A DNA stretch of 58,702 nucleotides from a bacterium. Its GTDB lineage: Archaea; Nanobdellota; Nanobdellia; SCGC-AAA011-G17; GW2011-AR17. The translations under genes and the position numbers were made by a program. Below are positions 1 to 9,066 of the stretch, piece after piece. The stretch's first letter is position 1, and each line of letters begins with the position of its first letter. The notes beneath the pieces are model-generated. The model had not been told where the DNA came from. It saw nothing but the letters and a program-made list of their open reading frames with translations, and made no database searches. The DNA lies in assembly GCA_030697685.1 (NCBI GenBank), contig JAUYPF010000048.1, positions 1-58,702 of the forward strand, read 5' to 3'.

Positions 1-1299
1 CAAGGAATTGGAATTTCTGCAGCTGCACTCTATGGACAATTGACAACTGGGAAACCTATTAAAATTATTTCGAAAATAGGACCACAAATGAAAGCACATT
101 ACTATGAACTTCACCTTAATACGAAAACAAATGAGCCTGAAATTATGAAGGATGAAGAAAGAGAATGGGAAGGAAAAGATCACGGAACAAAAGTCCAAAT
201 TGAACTCGAAGGAAAGTATCAGCAAGGAAAATTGAGTGCTGATGAGTTTCTGCAACTGACTGCAATCTCTAACCCTGAGGCAACAATTATTTACAAAGCG
301 CCTGGTACAGAGGCTGTAGAATTTGCGCGAGCAAGTAATGAACTCGCTAGGGAAACAAAAGAAATACAGCCACATCCTTATGGAGTGGAATTAGGAACAC
401 TCATGCGTATGCTTAAAGAAACAAAGGCAACAAGTGTACAAGGATTTCTGCAACAAGATTTTTGCCGAGTAAGTGCAAGTGTGGCAAAAGAGATTTGTGA
501 AAAGGCTGGACTTGAAGAGAGAATAAAGCCACATAATATTGCACGAGAAGAAGTTGAAAAAATATTCAATGCTATTAAACAAACAAAAATTATGGCACCA
601 CCCACGGATTGTCTTTCTCCCATTGGTGAAGAACAACTATTAAAAGGTTTAAAAAAAGAAATAAATGCAGAGTTTTATAGTGCGATCACAAGACCACCAC
701 AGGTGTATAGAGGATTTCCATTTCTAGTTGAAGTTGCAATAGCATTTGGAGGGGATTTACCTAAGGATGAATTAGCTAGAGTCATACGATATGCAAATAG
801 AGTTCCTTTACAGCATCAGCCAGGAGCTTGTGCACTGACAAGATCTATTATCCAGACTGCATGGAAAAATTATGGAATCTCACAATCAAGAGGGACATTA
901 CCTGCTGCACCAATTGTCATCATGGTACATATTGCTTCTGTGTGGGTGCCATTTACTTCTGAAAGTAAAGAGGCTGTTGCATCTTATCCAGAAATTATCA
1001 AAGAAGTGCGATTAGCCATACAAGATGCAGGAAGAAAATTAGCATTGTATATCCGAAAAAATATCAGGGCGAAGGAGCAGCAAGAGCGAATAGGATTATT
1101 TGAAAAATACATCCCAGAATTAGCTGCATCACTTGCGATACTCACCGGGGAAAATAAAAAAGATATTGAAGAAGAATTACTGAAGATCTTGAAGAAAGAA
1201 TTAAAAGGATTAATGGTTGAAGTAAAAGAAGCAGAGAATACAAAGATTGAAGGTGATGTTGCTTATGGAGAAAAGCAAAAGGAAATAGACAATGAGTAA
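1..1299 (+). CDS. top6B: DNA topoisomerase VI subunit B (5'-truncated by window)
   Basis: Frame 1 is open from base 1 (QGIGISAAALYGQLTTG, GHKL motif); HGTKV motif, H2TH region, RYANRVPL and VPFTSESKEAVA transducer motifs. Confidence 0.96.
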   Translation, partial: QGIGISAAALYGQLTTGKPIKIISKIGPQMKAHYYELHLNTKTNEPEIMKDEEREWEGKDHGTKVQIELEGKYQQGKLSADEFLQLTAISNPEATIIYKAPGTEAVEFARASNELARETKEIQPHPYGVELGTLMRMLKETKATSVQGFLQQDFCRVSASVAKEICEKAGLEERIKPHNIAREEVEKIFNAIKQTKIMAPPTDCLSPIGEEQLLKGLKKEINAEFYSAITRPPQVYRGFPFLVEVAIAFGGDLPKDELARVIRYANRVPLQHQPGACALTRSIIQTAWKNYGISQSRGTLPAAPIVIMVHIASVWVPFTSESKEAVASYPEIIKEVRLAIQDAGRKLALYIRKNIRAKEQQERIGLFEKYIPELAASLAILTGENKKDIEEELLKILKKELKGLMVEVKEAENTKIEGDVAYGEKQKEIDNE

Positions 1300-2377
1300 G
1301 GAAGATTCAAAAAAAGCATTGAAAGAACTTGGAGCAAAAATTGTACACCAAGTCAAGAAAGGAAATAATCCAGAGATTGTATTCCCTCTGAGAAATTTAA
1401 GTAATATTATTTATGATAAAAAATCTAAAACATTGAAACTAGGGACTAAAACAGGTACACGAAGTTTTTTCAATGTTGCACATTCGAAGAAATTTTTACA
1501 GACTGTTGAGGTTGCTTCAGTTATTAAAGATAAACTGCTGGATAGTGGAAAACACTCTAGCCTGCGAGATGTCTTTTATATGGTTAAGAGAACTATTCCT
1601 GGTACTAAAGTGAATTTGGTTGACGAACAGGTCGAGAGTGATAAAGCAATTGAAGACCTTGAAGTTATGACAGGACTTTCTCGAGAGGATATGCATGTTG
1701 AAGCAAACAAAAATGGAAGTGTTGCTGGCAAAGTAGTCATCGAAGATAGAGGTGATACTATTGATTGGAGTAAGATGGGAAGTGGAGGATGGTCTATTCC
1801 ATCTAATGTTGAAGAACTAAAATTTAAAAAAGTTGAAGCAAAATATGTTCTCTATATGGAGAAAGCTGCAACATGGAATCGTTTGAATGAAGATAGGTAC
1901 TGGCAAAAACATGATGCTATCATCCTTGCATCTCAAGGTCAGACCACAAGAGGTATTCGAAGACTCCTTCAAAGGCTTTATGAAGAGTATAATCTTCCCA
2001 TTTATGTGTTAGCGGATAGTGACGTTTACGGCGCATATATCTACTCTGTTATTAAGTATGGTTCTATAGCACTTTCCCATGCCTCTGATAGATTAACTAT
2101 TCCTAGTGTGAAATATGTAGGTGTAACAATGGATGATGTTGAGAAATATGATCTTAAAAAACATCTTATTAAACTTGATGAAAAAGATTATGCACGAATA
2201 AAACAAGTTTCAGAATATGAATGGTTTAAGGATAATAAAGATTGGCAAAGACAGTTTAAAATGATGAAAGAACTTAAAGGCAAGGTCGAAATTCAGGCTC
2301 TTAGTTCCAAAGATTTAAGTTTTATCAGTGAAGTTTACTTGCCAAATAAGATAAAGAATAAAGAATTTTTAGACTAA
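1292..2377 (+). CDS. top6A: DNA topoisomerase VI subunit A (Spo11-like)
   Basis: SLRDVFY catalytic Tyr, MEK and DSDVYG TOPRIM motifs; overlaps top6B stop. Confidence 0.96.
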   Translation: MSKEDSKKALKELGAKIVHQVKKGNNPEIVFPLRNLSNIIYDKKSKTLKLGTKTGTRSFFNVAHSKKFLQTVEVASVIKDKLLDSGKHSSLRDVFYMVKRTIPGTKVNLVDEQVESDKAIEDLEVMTGLSREDMHVEANKNGSVAGKVVIEDRGDTIDWSKMGSGGWSIPSNVEELKFKKVEAKYVLYMEKAATWNRLNEDRYWQKHDAIILASQGQTTRGIRRLLQRLYEEYNLPIYVLADSDVYGAYIYSVIKYGSIALSHASDRLTIPSVKYVGVTMDDVEKYDLKKHLIKLDEKDYARIKQVSEYEWFKDNKDWQRQFKMMKELKGKVEIQALSSKDLSFISEVYLPNKIKNKEFLD

Positions 2378-2379
2378 TT

Positions 2380-4365
2380 TTATTTTTCCACAAGAATATC
2401 TGAAATCTTAGAATCATACACAATTTGTGTTTTTTCCAATTCTCCTGCTTTCCTTATATCTTTATAAATTGTGCTTGGGGAAAGATTATATTCTTCTCCT
2501 AGAGTTTTATAGAAGTCTTTCTTTGATTGATTAAAGTCTTTTTCTAAAAACTTTCCATAGATCTCTTGCATTCTATCTTTTCTTTGTTTTTGCAAGAGCC
2601 CAGTACGTGTTTCTTGTGCAGCTTCGCGAATATCTCTTGCAGTAATTTTTGCATCGAGGCCTTCATTGGCAAGATCAAGAATATCTTCTACAGTCATATA
2701 ACTATCTCTTTGTCTTCTATCAGCTGCTTCTTTATATAAATCTCTTGCTAATACAAGACGATCTTCTTGAGAAAAATTCTTATTTATGGGGTCATAAGAA
2801 AAGCCTTCTGCTTGTATTGTATTATACTGACGAGCAATATTTTTTGCCACTTCACTCATTAGCTCTGGATTTTCTACGACTGGAATATCTCTTTCTATAG
2901 CTCGTAAATCAAAATAATCTTGTAATAAACTTCCAAGGTTAGGAAGCTTTTCTGGAGCATAATTCTCTTCTATTATCTTTTCTAAAGTATCTTGAATTAT
3001 ATCTTCTTTTGCTGGATCAACAAGTAAAAATGTATCCAAATATACAATATTCTTATTTGGATTTTTAATACCATCTTTTGTCAGATCTTTTTTGTATATA
3101 TTTGCACTATTCAAGGGTTCATTTATTATTTCTTCTGTAATATTTAAAATTGGCTCAAGAGAGCCTGCTTTTAAAGTTTGTATATGTTTTGTATTTGCTA
3201 TTTGTACTCTTTGTTTTTGTGATTCTGCATCCCATTGAGAAAGAGCATAGATACTTTCTTGGTTCCAGCCTTCTTCCACTAAAATTGTTAAATATTGTGA
3301 AAGACCTACACCTGGAAGCACAAAATGGATTGTAAGTTTATCGTCTAAAAGAGTTTCACTCTCTCTTTCATCATAAATAAATATCTTTTCTGTTGGAGAA
3401 GAAGTTCTTTCTTTTGCTATTGGTTCTTTTTCTACAAGAATTATTTTTGGTACTTCTTTTTGATAAGAAAACTCTAAAGGAACATTTGCATAAATAATAT
3501 TTTTTGTTGAATCTTTTAATCCTTCTAAAGTTAATGCTTCTTTGTAAACATCTTTTTTATTTGCTTCTGCGATTTGTGTTGTAATTGCAAGAATTTCTCG
3601 TAAATCTGCCTTCGATGCTTCTGCTAATCCTGCTCTTTGTTTTTTCAAGAGTTGTTTTTGTTCATCCCAGGAAAGTGCAGCTATGCCATTGATATCTTTT
3701 TCTGCAAGAAGAGCAGCATAAGTTGTTAGCCCATAGCCTGGAATAGGATTTATGGTTATTGTTCCTTCATCATACTTGAAAATTTTCTTTTCCTCTTTTT
3801 CTGTTATTACTGGGATATTTATTTTTTCTTCTTCTTTTTCTCTATTTATTTCCAAGGGCAATGGTAAAGGAGATATTGTTTGCTCTAGGCTTATTCCTGG
3901 TTCTGGAATAGGTTGTTTGAAATGATCATAGAATAATCCGTATACTAAAGCTCCTAAACCAATGGCCCCTAGAGTTAATCCTAATGGAAATAATGGATTT
4001 TTACGGAGCTCTTCGTATGTTGTTACATCATCCCGTACACCCATTGAATAATCTTTATAGCCATTTCCTGTTTCATCTTCTTTTACAATTACTGGTGTAG
4101 CTGGAGGATAGATTATTGGCTTTTCCCCTGCATTAGAATTAACTACTGATGGTTGTACTCCTCGCCTTATTGGTACTACAATTATTTTTTTTTGTTGAGG
4201 AAGTGTTCCTGCAACTGTACATAATTGCAATGCTTCTTTTACAATTTCATCAATTATATTTTGTTTAGAATCCGGATAACGTGAAAGGATTTTTCTTACT
4301 TCAGAAGTAGATTTTCCTTGTTCCAATAAAGCTCTTGCTTCTGTTAACATGTCTATATCTGCCAT
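2380..4365 (-). CDS. Hypothetical single-pass membrane protein with two ~100-aa internal repeats and a C-terminal HTH-like motif
   Basis: 661-aa ORF; hydrophobic LFPLGLTLGAIGLGALVYGLFY; repeated PG.GL..Y...KNI.Y; LGEEYNLSPSTIYKDI. Confidence 0.75.
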   Translation of the reverse strand: MADIDMLTEARALLEQGKSTSEVRKILSRYPDSKQNIIDEIVKEALQLCTVAGTLPQQKKIIVVPIRRGVQPSVVNSNAGEKPIIYPPATPVIVKEDETGNGYKDYSMGVRDDVTTYEELRKNPLFPLGLTLGAIGLGALVYGLFYDHFKQPIPEPGISLEQTISPLPLPLEINREKEEEKINIPVITEKEEKKIFKYDEGTITINPIPGYGLTTYAALLAEKDINGIAALSWDEQKQLLKKQRAGLAEASKADLREILAITTQIAEANKKDVYKEALTLEGLKDSTKNIIYANVPLEFSYQKEVPKIILVEKEPIAKERTSSPTEKIFIYDERESETLLDDKLTIHFVLPGVGLSQYLTILVEEGWNQESIYALSQWDAESQKQRVQIANTKHIQTLKAGSLEPILNITEEIINEPLNSANIYKKDLTKDGIKNPNKNIVYLDTFLLVDPAKEDIIQDTLEKIIEENYAPEKLPNLGSLLQDYFDLRAIERDIPVVENPELMSEVAKNIARQYNTIQAEGFSYDPINKNFSQEDRLVLARDLYKEAADRRQRDSYMTVEDILDLANEGLDAKITARDIREAAQETRTGLLQKQRKDRMQEIYGKFLEKDFNQSKKDFYKTLGEEYNLSPSTIYKDIRKAGELEKTQIVYDSKISDILVEK

Positions 4366-4496
4366 TTTTGTATTCGTAAATTTATGTTAGGGTATATAAA
4401 TTTTAGGTTTCTTTATTCGTCGCTTTCTAGATATAAAAAGAGAGGAATTTTGGAACAGAAACTTATTTAAAGTGACTAAAACTTTTAACATTTTAG

Positions 4497-4621
4497 GTCC
4501 CAGTAGCTCAATGGCGGAGCACTTATAGTGGTTATATAAACTGTAGCTCAGGCGGCTGTTAATCACAGCAAACCATTGACTAGACACCGCGCGGTTCTAG
4601 GTTCGACCCCTGGCTGGGACG
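4497..4621 (+). tRNA. tRNA-Asn(GTT) with two introns (27/28: 4523-4551; 37/38: 4562-4585)
   Basis: Acceptor GTCCCAG/CTGGGAC with G73, D arm GCTC/GAGC, T arm CTAGG-TTCGACC-CCTGG; removing both BHB-bounded introns gives CGCGG-CTGTTAA-CCGCG. Confidence 0.9.
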
Positions 4622-4791
4622 CTTATTCTTCTTTTTTCTCTTTGGACAAAACTCATTGCCTATTAAAGCCTATATCTTTTGAATTTGACTCTCTGGACAG
4701 ATGGACACGTGGCACGGGTGCGCGTAAGATTTATAAATCAAACTCCCTTATTAAAAATAATTCGTTTTAAAATTTCTTGTAGGAGGTAAAC

Positions 4792-5496
4792 ATGCAACTA
4801 GATCTCTCTAAGTTAAGTTATAGTCACAATGATATTAAAAGAGAAATTAAAATCCCAGAATATCTAGATGAGGATTTAGCATTTCTTATGGGCCTACATT
4901 TAGGTGATGGAAATATCTTTTCTAAATCTCATGATATCAATTATACGGGTAACCTTTATGAAGAATATAATTGGTATATTACTTGGATATTACCCTTACT
5001 AAAAAAGAAATTCAATATTATGTTTAAAATCCACCATGATACAAGACCTAAAAGAGAATCTATTAGAATAAGAACTAGATCTAAAGTCATTTTTACTTTT
5101 TATACTCAGGTTCTCATGCTTCCTCCTGGAAAAAAAGATAGTTGTGGAATTCCTTATATGATTATGCGAGCTCCAAAAAATATTCAAAAAGCATTTCTTC
5201 GTGGTTACATTGACACAGATTTTTGTTTAACATTTACTCGAAGAAAAAAAGGTGGCCTAAATAAATACCCCAAAATAATCTTAAATACAAATAATCAACA
5301 ACTTTGTAAAGATACAGTCTTATTACTTCAAGAAATGGGATATATACCTTATTTTCGTTATAATTTTTATCGGCCACGTTATGACCAACCCCTTTTTTCT
5401 AATGAGATCAATATTAATGGGAAAGAGCAACTTGAAAAATGGATGAGAGAGATTGGCTTCTCTTCTCCTAAGCATTTTACTAAATACTACATATGA
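4792..5496 (+). CDS. Free-standing double-motif LAGLIDADG endonuclease-like protein (frame continues past TGA to 5613)
   Basis: LAFLMGLHLGDG and AFLRGYIDTDF motifs; AGGAGGT SD; TTTATAAA box upstream; no intein splicing domains. Confidence 0.85.
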   Translation: MQLDLSKLSYSHNDIKREIKIPEYLDEDLAFLMGLHLGDGNIFSKSHDINYTGNLYEEYNWYITWILPLLKKKFNIMFKIHHDTRPKRESIRIRTRSKVIFTFYTQVLMLPPGKKDSCGIPYMIMRAPKNIQKAFLRGYIDTDFCLTFTRRKKGGLNKYPKIILNTNNQQLCKDTVLLLQEMGYIPYFRYNFYRPRYDQPLFSNEININGKEQLEKWMREIGFSSPKHFTKYYI

Positions 5497-5641
5497 AAAA
5501 GGTTTGGTTATTGTCCTCCTTATACCACTTTAGCTCAAAGAGAACAAGTTCTTGCTGGAACTCTTGAAATAGAGAGCATTTCTTCTCAAAAAAAGACCGC
5601 AAAAGTTTTATAAAGGCTCACAAATTTTAAAATATTAATAC

Positions 5642-5728
5642 GGGCCCGTAGCTCAGCCTGGTGGAGCATCCGACTGATATATACATTCAGAGATCGGAAG
5701 GTCTTGCGTTCAAATCGCAACGGGCCCA
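5642..5728 (+). tRNA. tRNA-Ile(GAT) with 13-nt intron at 37/38 (5680-5692)
   Basis: GGGCCCG/CGGGCCC acceptor, TCCGA/TCGGA anticodon stem, BHB central helix CTGA/TCAG. Confidence 0.93.
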
Positions 5729-5749
5729 CTCTTTTTTTCTTAGAAAAAG

Positions 5750-6721
5750 CTACTTATAGATCTCAAATGGTACATGTGTATGATAGTTTAATTCAAATAA
5801 AGGAAGAATATCAACTCTCATGATTAATTCTGGAAACTTATTTCTTAGATTTTTGATATAGTCTTTTAACTCTACATTATCTTTATTATAAATTGTTACG
5901 AAATAATTATACTCCCCAATAACCTTACAGATGTAGGTGTTATTCTTATCAAACTGAAAAAAAGCCTGTAGTTGTTTTTCTGCGTCTGAACTTTGTACAT
6001 TAATTTTGATTAATAAAGAACTAACTTGTAGGCTTAATTTTCCCAGATCAATCATTGTTCTAAAACCTAAAATAACTTTCTTATCTAGCAAACGTTTTAT
6101 CCGTTTCCTTATTGCAACTTCTGTGATTCCAAGTTCTTTTACTAGGTTTGGACTTGTAATAGAAGCATCTTTTCCCAGTCTTAGAATTAACTTTTTATCT
6201 ATATTATCAATAGCTACTTTTTGAGGGAGATCAAAGCCAGTTATTACATTATTGAACTCTGATTTATCCATAAATAAAGGTTTAAATGAATCTCTTAATT
6301 CCTTAATCATCGTTAAAATAGTCATATTCACTTTGTTTTTTCCGAAAGCATCATTAATCTTATCTATTGCATGAGAAAAGTCCGTCAGACTACGTACATT
6401 TACCCCTAGAACAAAATCGTAACTTCCACCACATTTCTCAATGTAATATACTGCTGGGTTCTTCTTTAGAATACTGATTACTTCTTTTTCTCTTTCTTCA
6501 TTGAGATTTATTGCTTGGATAAGAAGGATATAGCCACCATACGTAAAATTTTTAATATTAATTCTTGCCTCATATCCTTTAATTATTCCCGCTTCTTTTA
6601 GTTTTTTAACTCGGTAATCAAAAACCTCTCGTGAAATTTTTATCCTTTTAGCAAGTTGGCTATGAGGCTGTCGTGCTTTTTCTGATAGCTCTGCGAGAAT
6701 TTTTCGGTCTAAGCTGTCCAT
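5750..6721 (-). CDS. Lrp/AsnC family transcriptional regulator, tandem double domain
   Basis: Two HTH-RAM units (MDSLDRKIL...RVKKL..GII.GY; IDNIDKKLI...RIKRL...VI.GF). Confidence 0.9.
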   Translation of the reverse strand: MDSLDRKILAELSEKARQPHSQLAKRIKISREVFDYRVKKLKEAGIIKGYEARINIKNFTYGGYILLIQAINLNEEREKEVISILKKNPAVYYIEKCGGSYDFVLGVNVRSLTDFSHAIDKINDAFGKNKVNMTILTMIKELRDSFKPLFMDKSEFNNVITGFDLPQKVAIDNIDKKLILRLGKDASITSPNLVKELGITEVAIRKRIKRLLDKKVILGFRTMIDLGKLSLQVSSLLIKINVQSSDAEKQLQAFFQFDKNNTYICKVIGEYNYFVTIYNKDNVELKDYIKNLRNKFPELIMRVDILPLFELNYHTHVPFEIYK

Positions 6722-6830
6722 TTACGAATAGATACTTAATCTGTTTAAATAGTTTTCTTTTGTATATGTTTTCATAATAAGTCTTAAGTATAGAAATCTC
6801 ACTAGCTATTTCATAGGTGATAGGAGAATC

Positions 6831-7424
6831 ATGAAAACCGTACGAGATTTTATTGAGAATATTAGAATGACCGAAGCTTTAGAGCCTATTATTGCTTCTT
6901 GTTATGAGAATGATGAACAATTAGGACAAAAAATAGTTTCTTTTCTTGAAGGAGTTCCTGATTCTAGTCCGTTACATCTTGTTTATTTAAGAACTCTTTA
7001 TGACATTTATAAAGGGGTTCCTGTCAGTGAAAGTGCTTATAAGAAAAGGCCTTTAAGAAGTCTCTATCAAGAGTTTAAACTAACTCTTCCTGATTGGCGG
7101 ACTGGTGCTCAATGGGGAAGGAGACTTATTTATTCTGGTAAAGAAAATATTAGATTTGGAATTATTCTAAAGCAAAAAAGTCCGGATGCTTTACGTGAGG
7201 CTTTTGGATTATTACGTAGGAATTATGGTATTGCTTGTCCTCCGGAAAATCTTAGTACTATCTCTAGATCCATAGATAGAAGCCATGTCACTACCAGAGC
7301 AAAAATTCAATTTTCTTTAGCATATATTGCTGGTGTTCAAGCCTCTGCTCTTTTTGATGTATTAGCTGAAGGACCTGAGGAGATTGATTATAATCTATTG
7401 AAACCTTTCTTTGAGGGTGAATAA
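6831..7424 (+). CDS. Hypothetical protein
   Basis: 197-aa ORF with AGGTGAT/AGGAG SD-like sequence, divergent from the Lrp gene. Confidence 0.65.
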   Translation: MKTVRDFIENIRMTEALEPIIASCYENDEQLGQKIVSFLEGVPDSSPLHLVYLRTLYDIYKGVPVSESAYKKRPLRSLYQEFKLTLPDWRTGAQWGRRLIYSGKENIRFGIILKQKSPDALREAFGLLRRNYGIACPPENLSTISRSIDRSHVTTRAKIQFSLAYIAGVQASALFDVLAEGPEEIDYNLLKPFFEGE

Positions 7425-7506
7425 CATTTGAAAATGGTTGTTTAACAGATCGTAGAATTTCTGAAGAATAAGTAGACACGCAAAAACTTAAAAAGCGCTT
7501 TCTTTT

Positions 7507-9066
7507 CTATGAAAAATACTCCAGATATAATTTTCTTACTGCAAAATCAAGCATATCTTCAGTTAGAGCAATTGTGATATTACTAATACCATTTCTTGGG
7601 CCATGCAAAAGCAAACCATTTCTTGTCACAGAGATTGAATCTGGACGCACTCTTTCTTTAAGATAGTTACACATCTCAACAATTTCAGGTTTGAACACAT
7701 GAAGATTTGTTCCTATAGAAAGAGAATCAATGGTTGTTGACATCCCTCTTACAGGAACTTCTGCTTCAGAAAAAATTGCACATATTTGCATTGCAAATCC
7801 TGTTTCATTATTCATACCAAACTTTTCAATATGGTAAATTGTTGTGCCTGTTGCAACACCACCAAGAATAGGCCCGTAACTTGCAATCACCGAATTATCT
7901 AAATTATTTAGGATTCTCTCTCTTTGTGCGAGAGCATCCACTATTCCTTCTCCTACAATAGAAATAAGAGCTATGTTTGTTCTTGAGGATTCTAATTTAA
8001 AATTATTAGATAGAGCTTCTTCAAGCATTTCTTCTTTCTCTCTTATATTTTTATTATCTACAATAATTGAAACAAGACCATTCTCTGTTCCAATCATATC
8101 TACAGAAACTCCTCTTCGAGAAAAAGTATCTAGAAGATCTATAAAATAATTCTCTCTCTCTTCTCTGATTAAACTAAACTGTGTAAAACCTTTCTTTGAA
8201 GCAATTCCTACAATTGGTTTTTGCGTGACATCACGTTCTAAAACAATTCTTGTTCCTTCTGAATTTGGGAATGCTAAAGAACACACTCGCATAGGAATTC
8301 CAGCTATTCTGCATTGTGCCATTGATTCTTCTTGAAGCACTCTATTTCCAGCATAAGCAAGTTCTCGGACTTCTCTATAAGTCATTTCCACAAGAGGTTT
8401 TTGATCTCCTACAATAGCAGGATCTACTAAAAAAATTCCTTCGACTTCTTTGAGATTGATATTTTGTTTTGCTTCGAGTGCTGCTGCAACATAATCTGCA
8501 GTTACATCAGATCCACCATTTGGAAGAATAGTTAGCTTCCCTGAAGATGTTTGCCCATAAAAACCGCCTATGACACAGGCATCATCTGCCTCCTTAAGAA
8601 AATAACTTGTGAAAACATGTTCTATTTTTGAGGGGTAATTTTCTGTTGTACGAAGAGCATCTCGTGCATCAATCCAATGAGAGGAAATTCCTCTCTGTAT
8701 AAAATATCTGTTTAGCATCCAAGCATTATAATGTTCCCCCAAGTAGAGAAATTCATCAAGCGTTTTTGCTTTTTTTACATCTGCTCTGAATTGTTCTTCA
8801 TTAAATTTTATTTCTAAGGGTTTTGCAATACTCCCATAAATTTCTAGGATTCTTGGAAGTACATCTTCTCTCTTTTCTAATCTCCTCAGAAGCTGTGTGA
8901 TTCTATTGTTGTCTTTATTATTTCCACCAAGGTCTGGTGCTGAAACCACAACAATTGGTTTTATTCCAGAATGTATTTTTTCTCTTACAAGATTTTCTAA
9001 CAGTCTATAATTCTCTGGTGTTGCTGTTGATGTACCGCCACTTTTGTAGATTTCAATTGCTTTCAT
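7507..9066 (-). CDS. lysC: Aspartate kinase with C-terminal ACT domains
   Basis: KSGGTS, VVVSAP, GGFYG, GGSDVTA, DP.IV, MTYREVRELAYAG motifs. Confidence 0.88.
   Translation of the reverse strand: MKAIEIYKSGGTSTATPENYRLLENLVREKIHSGIKPIVVVSAPDLGGNNKDNNRITQLLRRLEKREDVLPRILEIYGSIAKPLEIKFNEEQFRADVKKAKTLDEFLYLGEHYNAWMLNRYFIQRGISSHWIDARDALRTTENYPSKIEHVFTSYFLKEADDACVIGGFYGQTSSGKLTILPNGGSDVTADYVAAALEAKQNINLKEVEGIFLVDPAIVGDQKPLVEMTYREVRELAYAGNRVLQEESMAQCRIAGIPMRVCSLAFPNSEGTRIVLERDVTQKPIVGIASKKGFTQFSLIREERENYFIDLLDTFSRRGVSVDMIGTENGLVSIIVDNKNIREKEEMLEEALSNNFKLESSRTNIALISIVGEGIVDALAQRERILNNLDNSVIASYGPILGGVATGTTIYHIEKFGMNNETGFAMQICAIFSEAEVPVRGMSTTIDSLSIGTNLHVFKPEIVEMCNYLKERVRPDSISVTRNGLLLHGPRNGISNITIALTEDMLDFAVRKLYLEYFS

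Noticed and set aside
4387..4770. ORFs 4387..4587(-) and 4576..4770(+)
   Set aside because: They overlap tRNA-Asn; spurious
5494..5496. Genome-wide TGA=Trp/Gly recoding
   Set aside because: TGA is the evident stop of conserved genes (rpl3, rpl22, rpl5 via ATGA overlaps) and Trp is encoded by TGG elsewhere
4792..5496. Intein- or intron-encoded endonuclease
   Set aside because: No Hint motifs or host exteins; both flanking tRNAs are complete, so the ORF is not inside an intron
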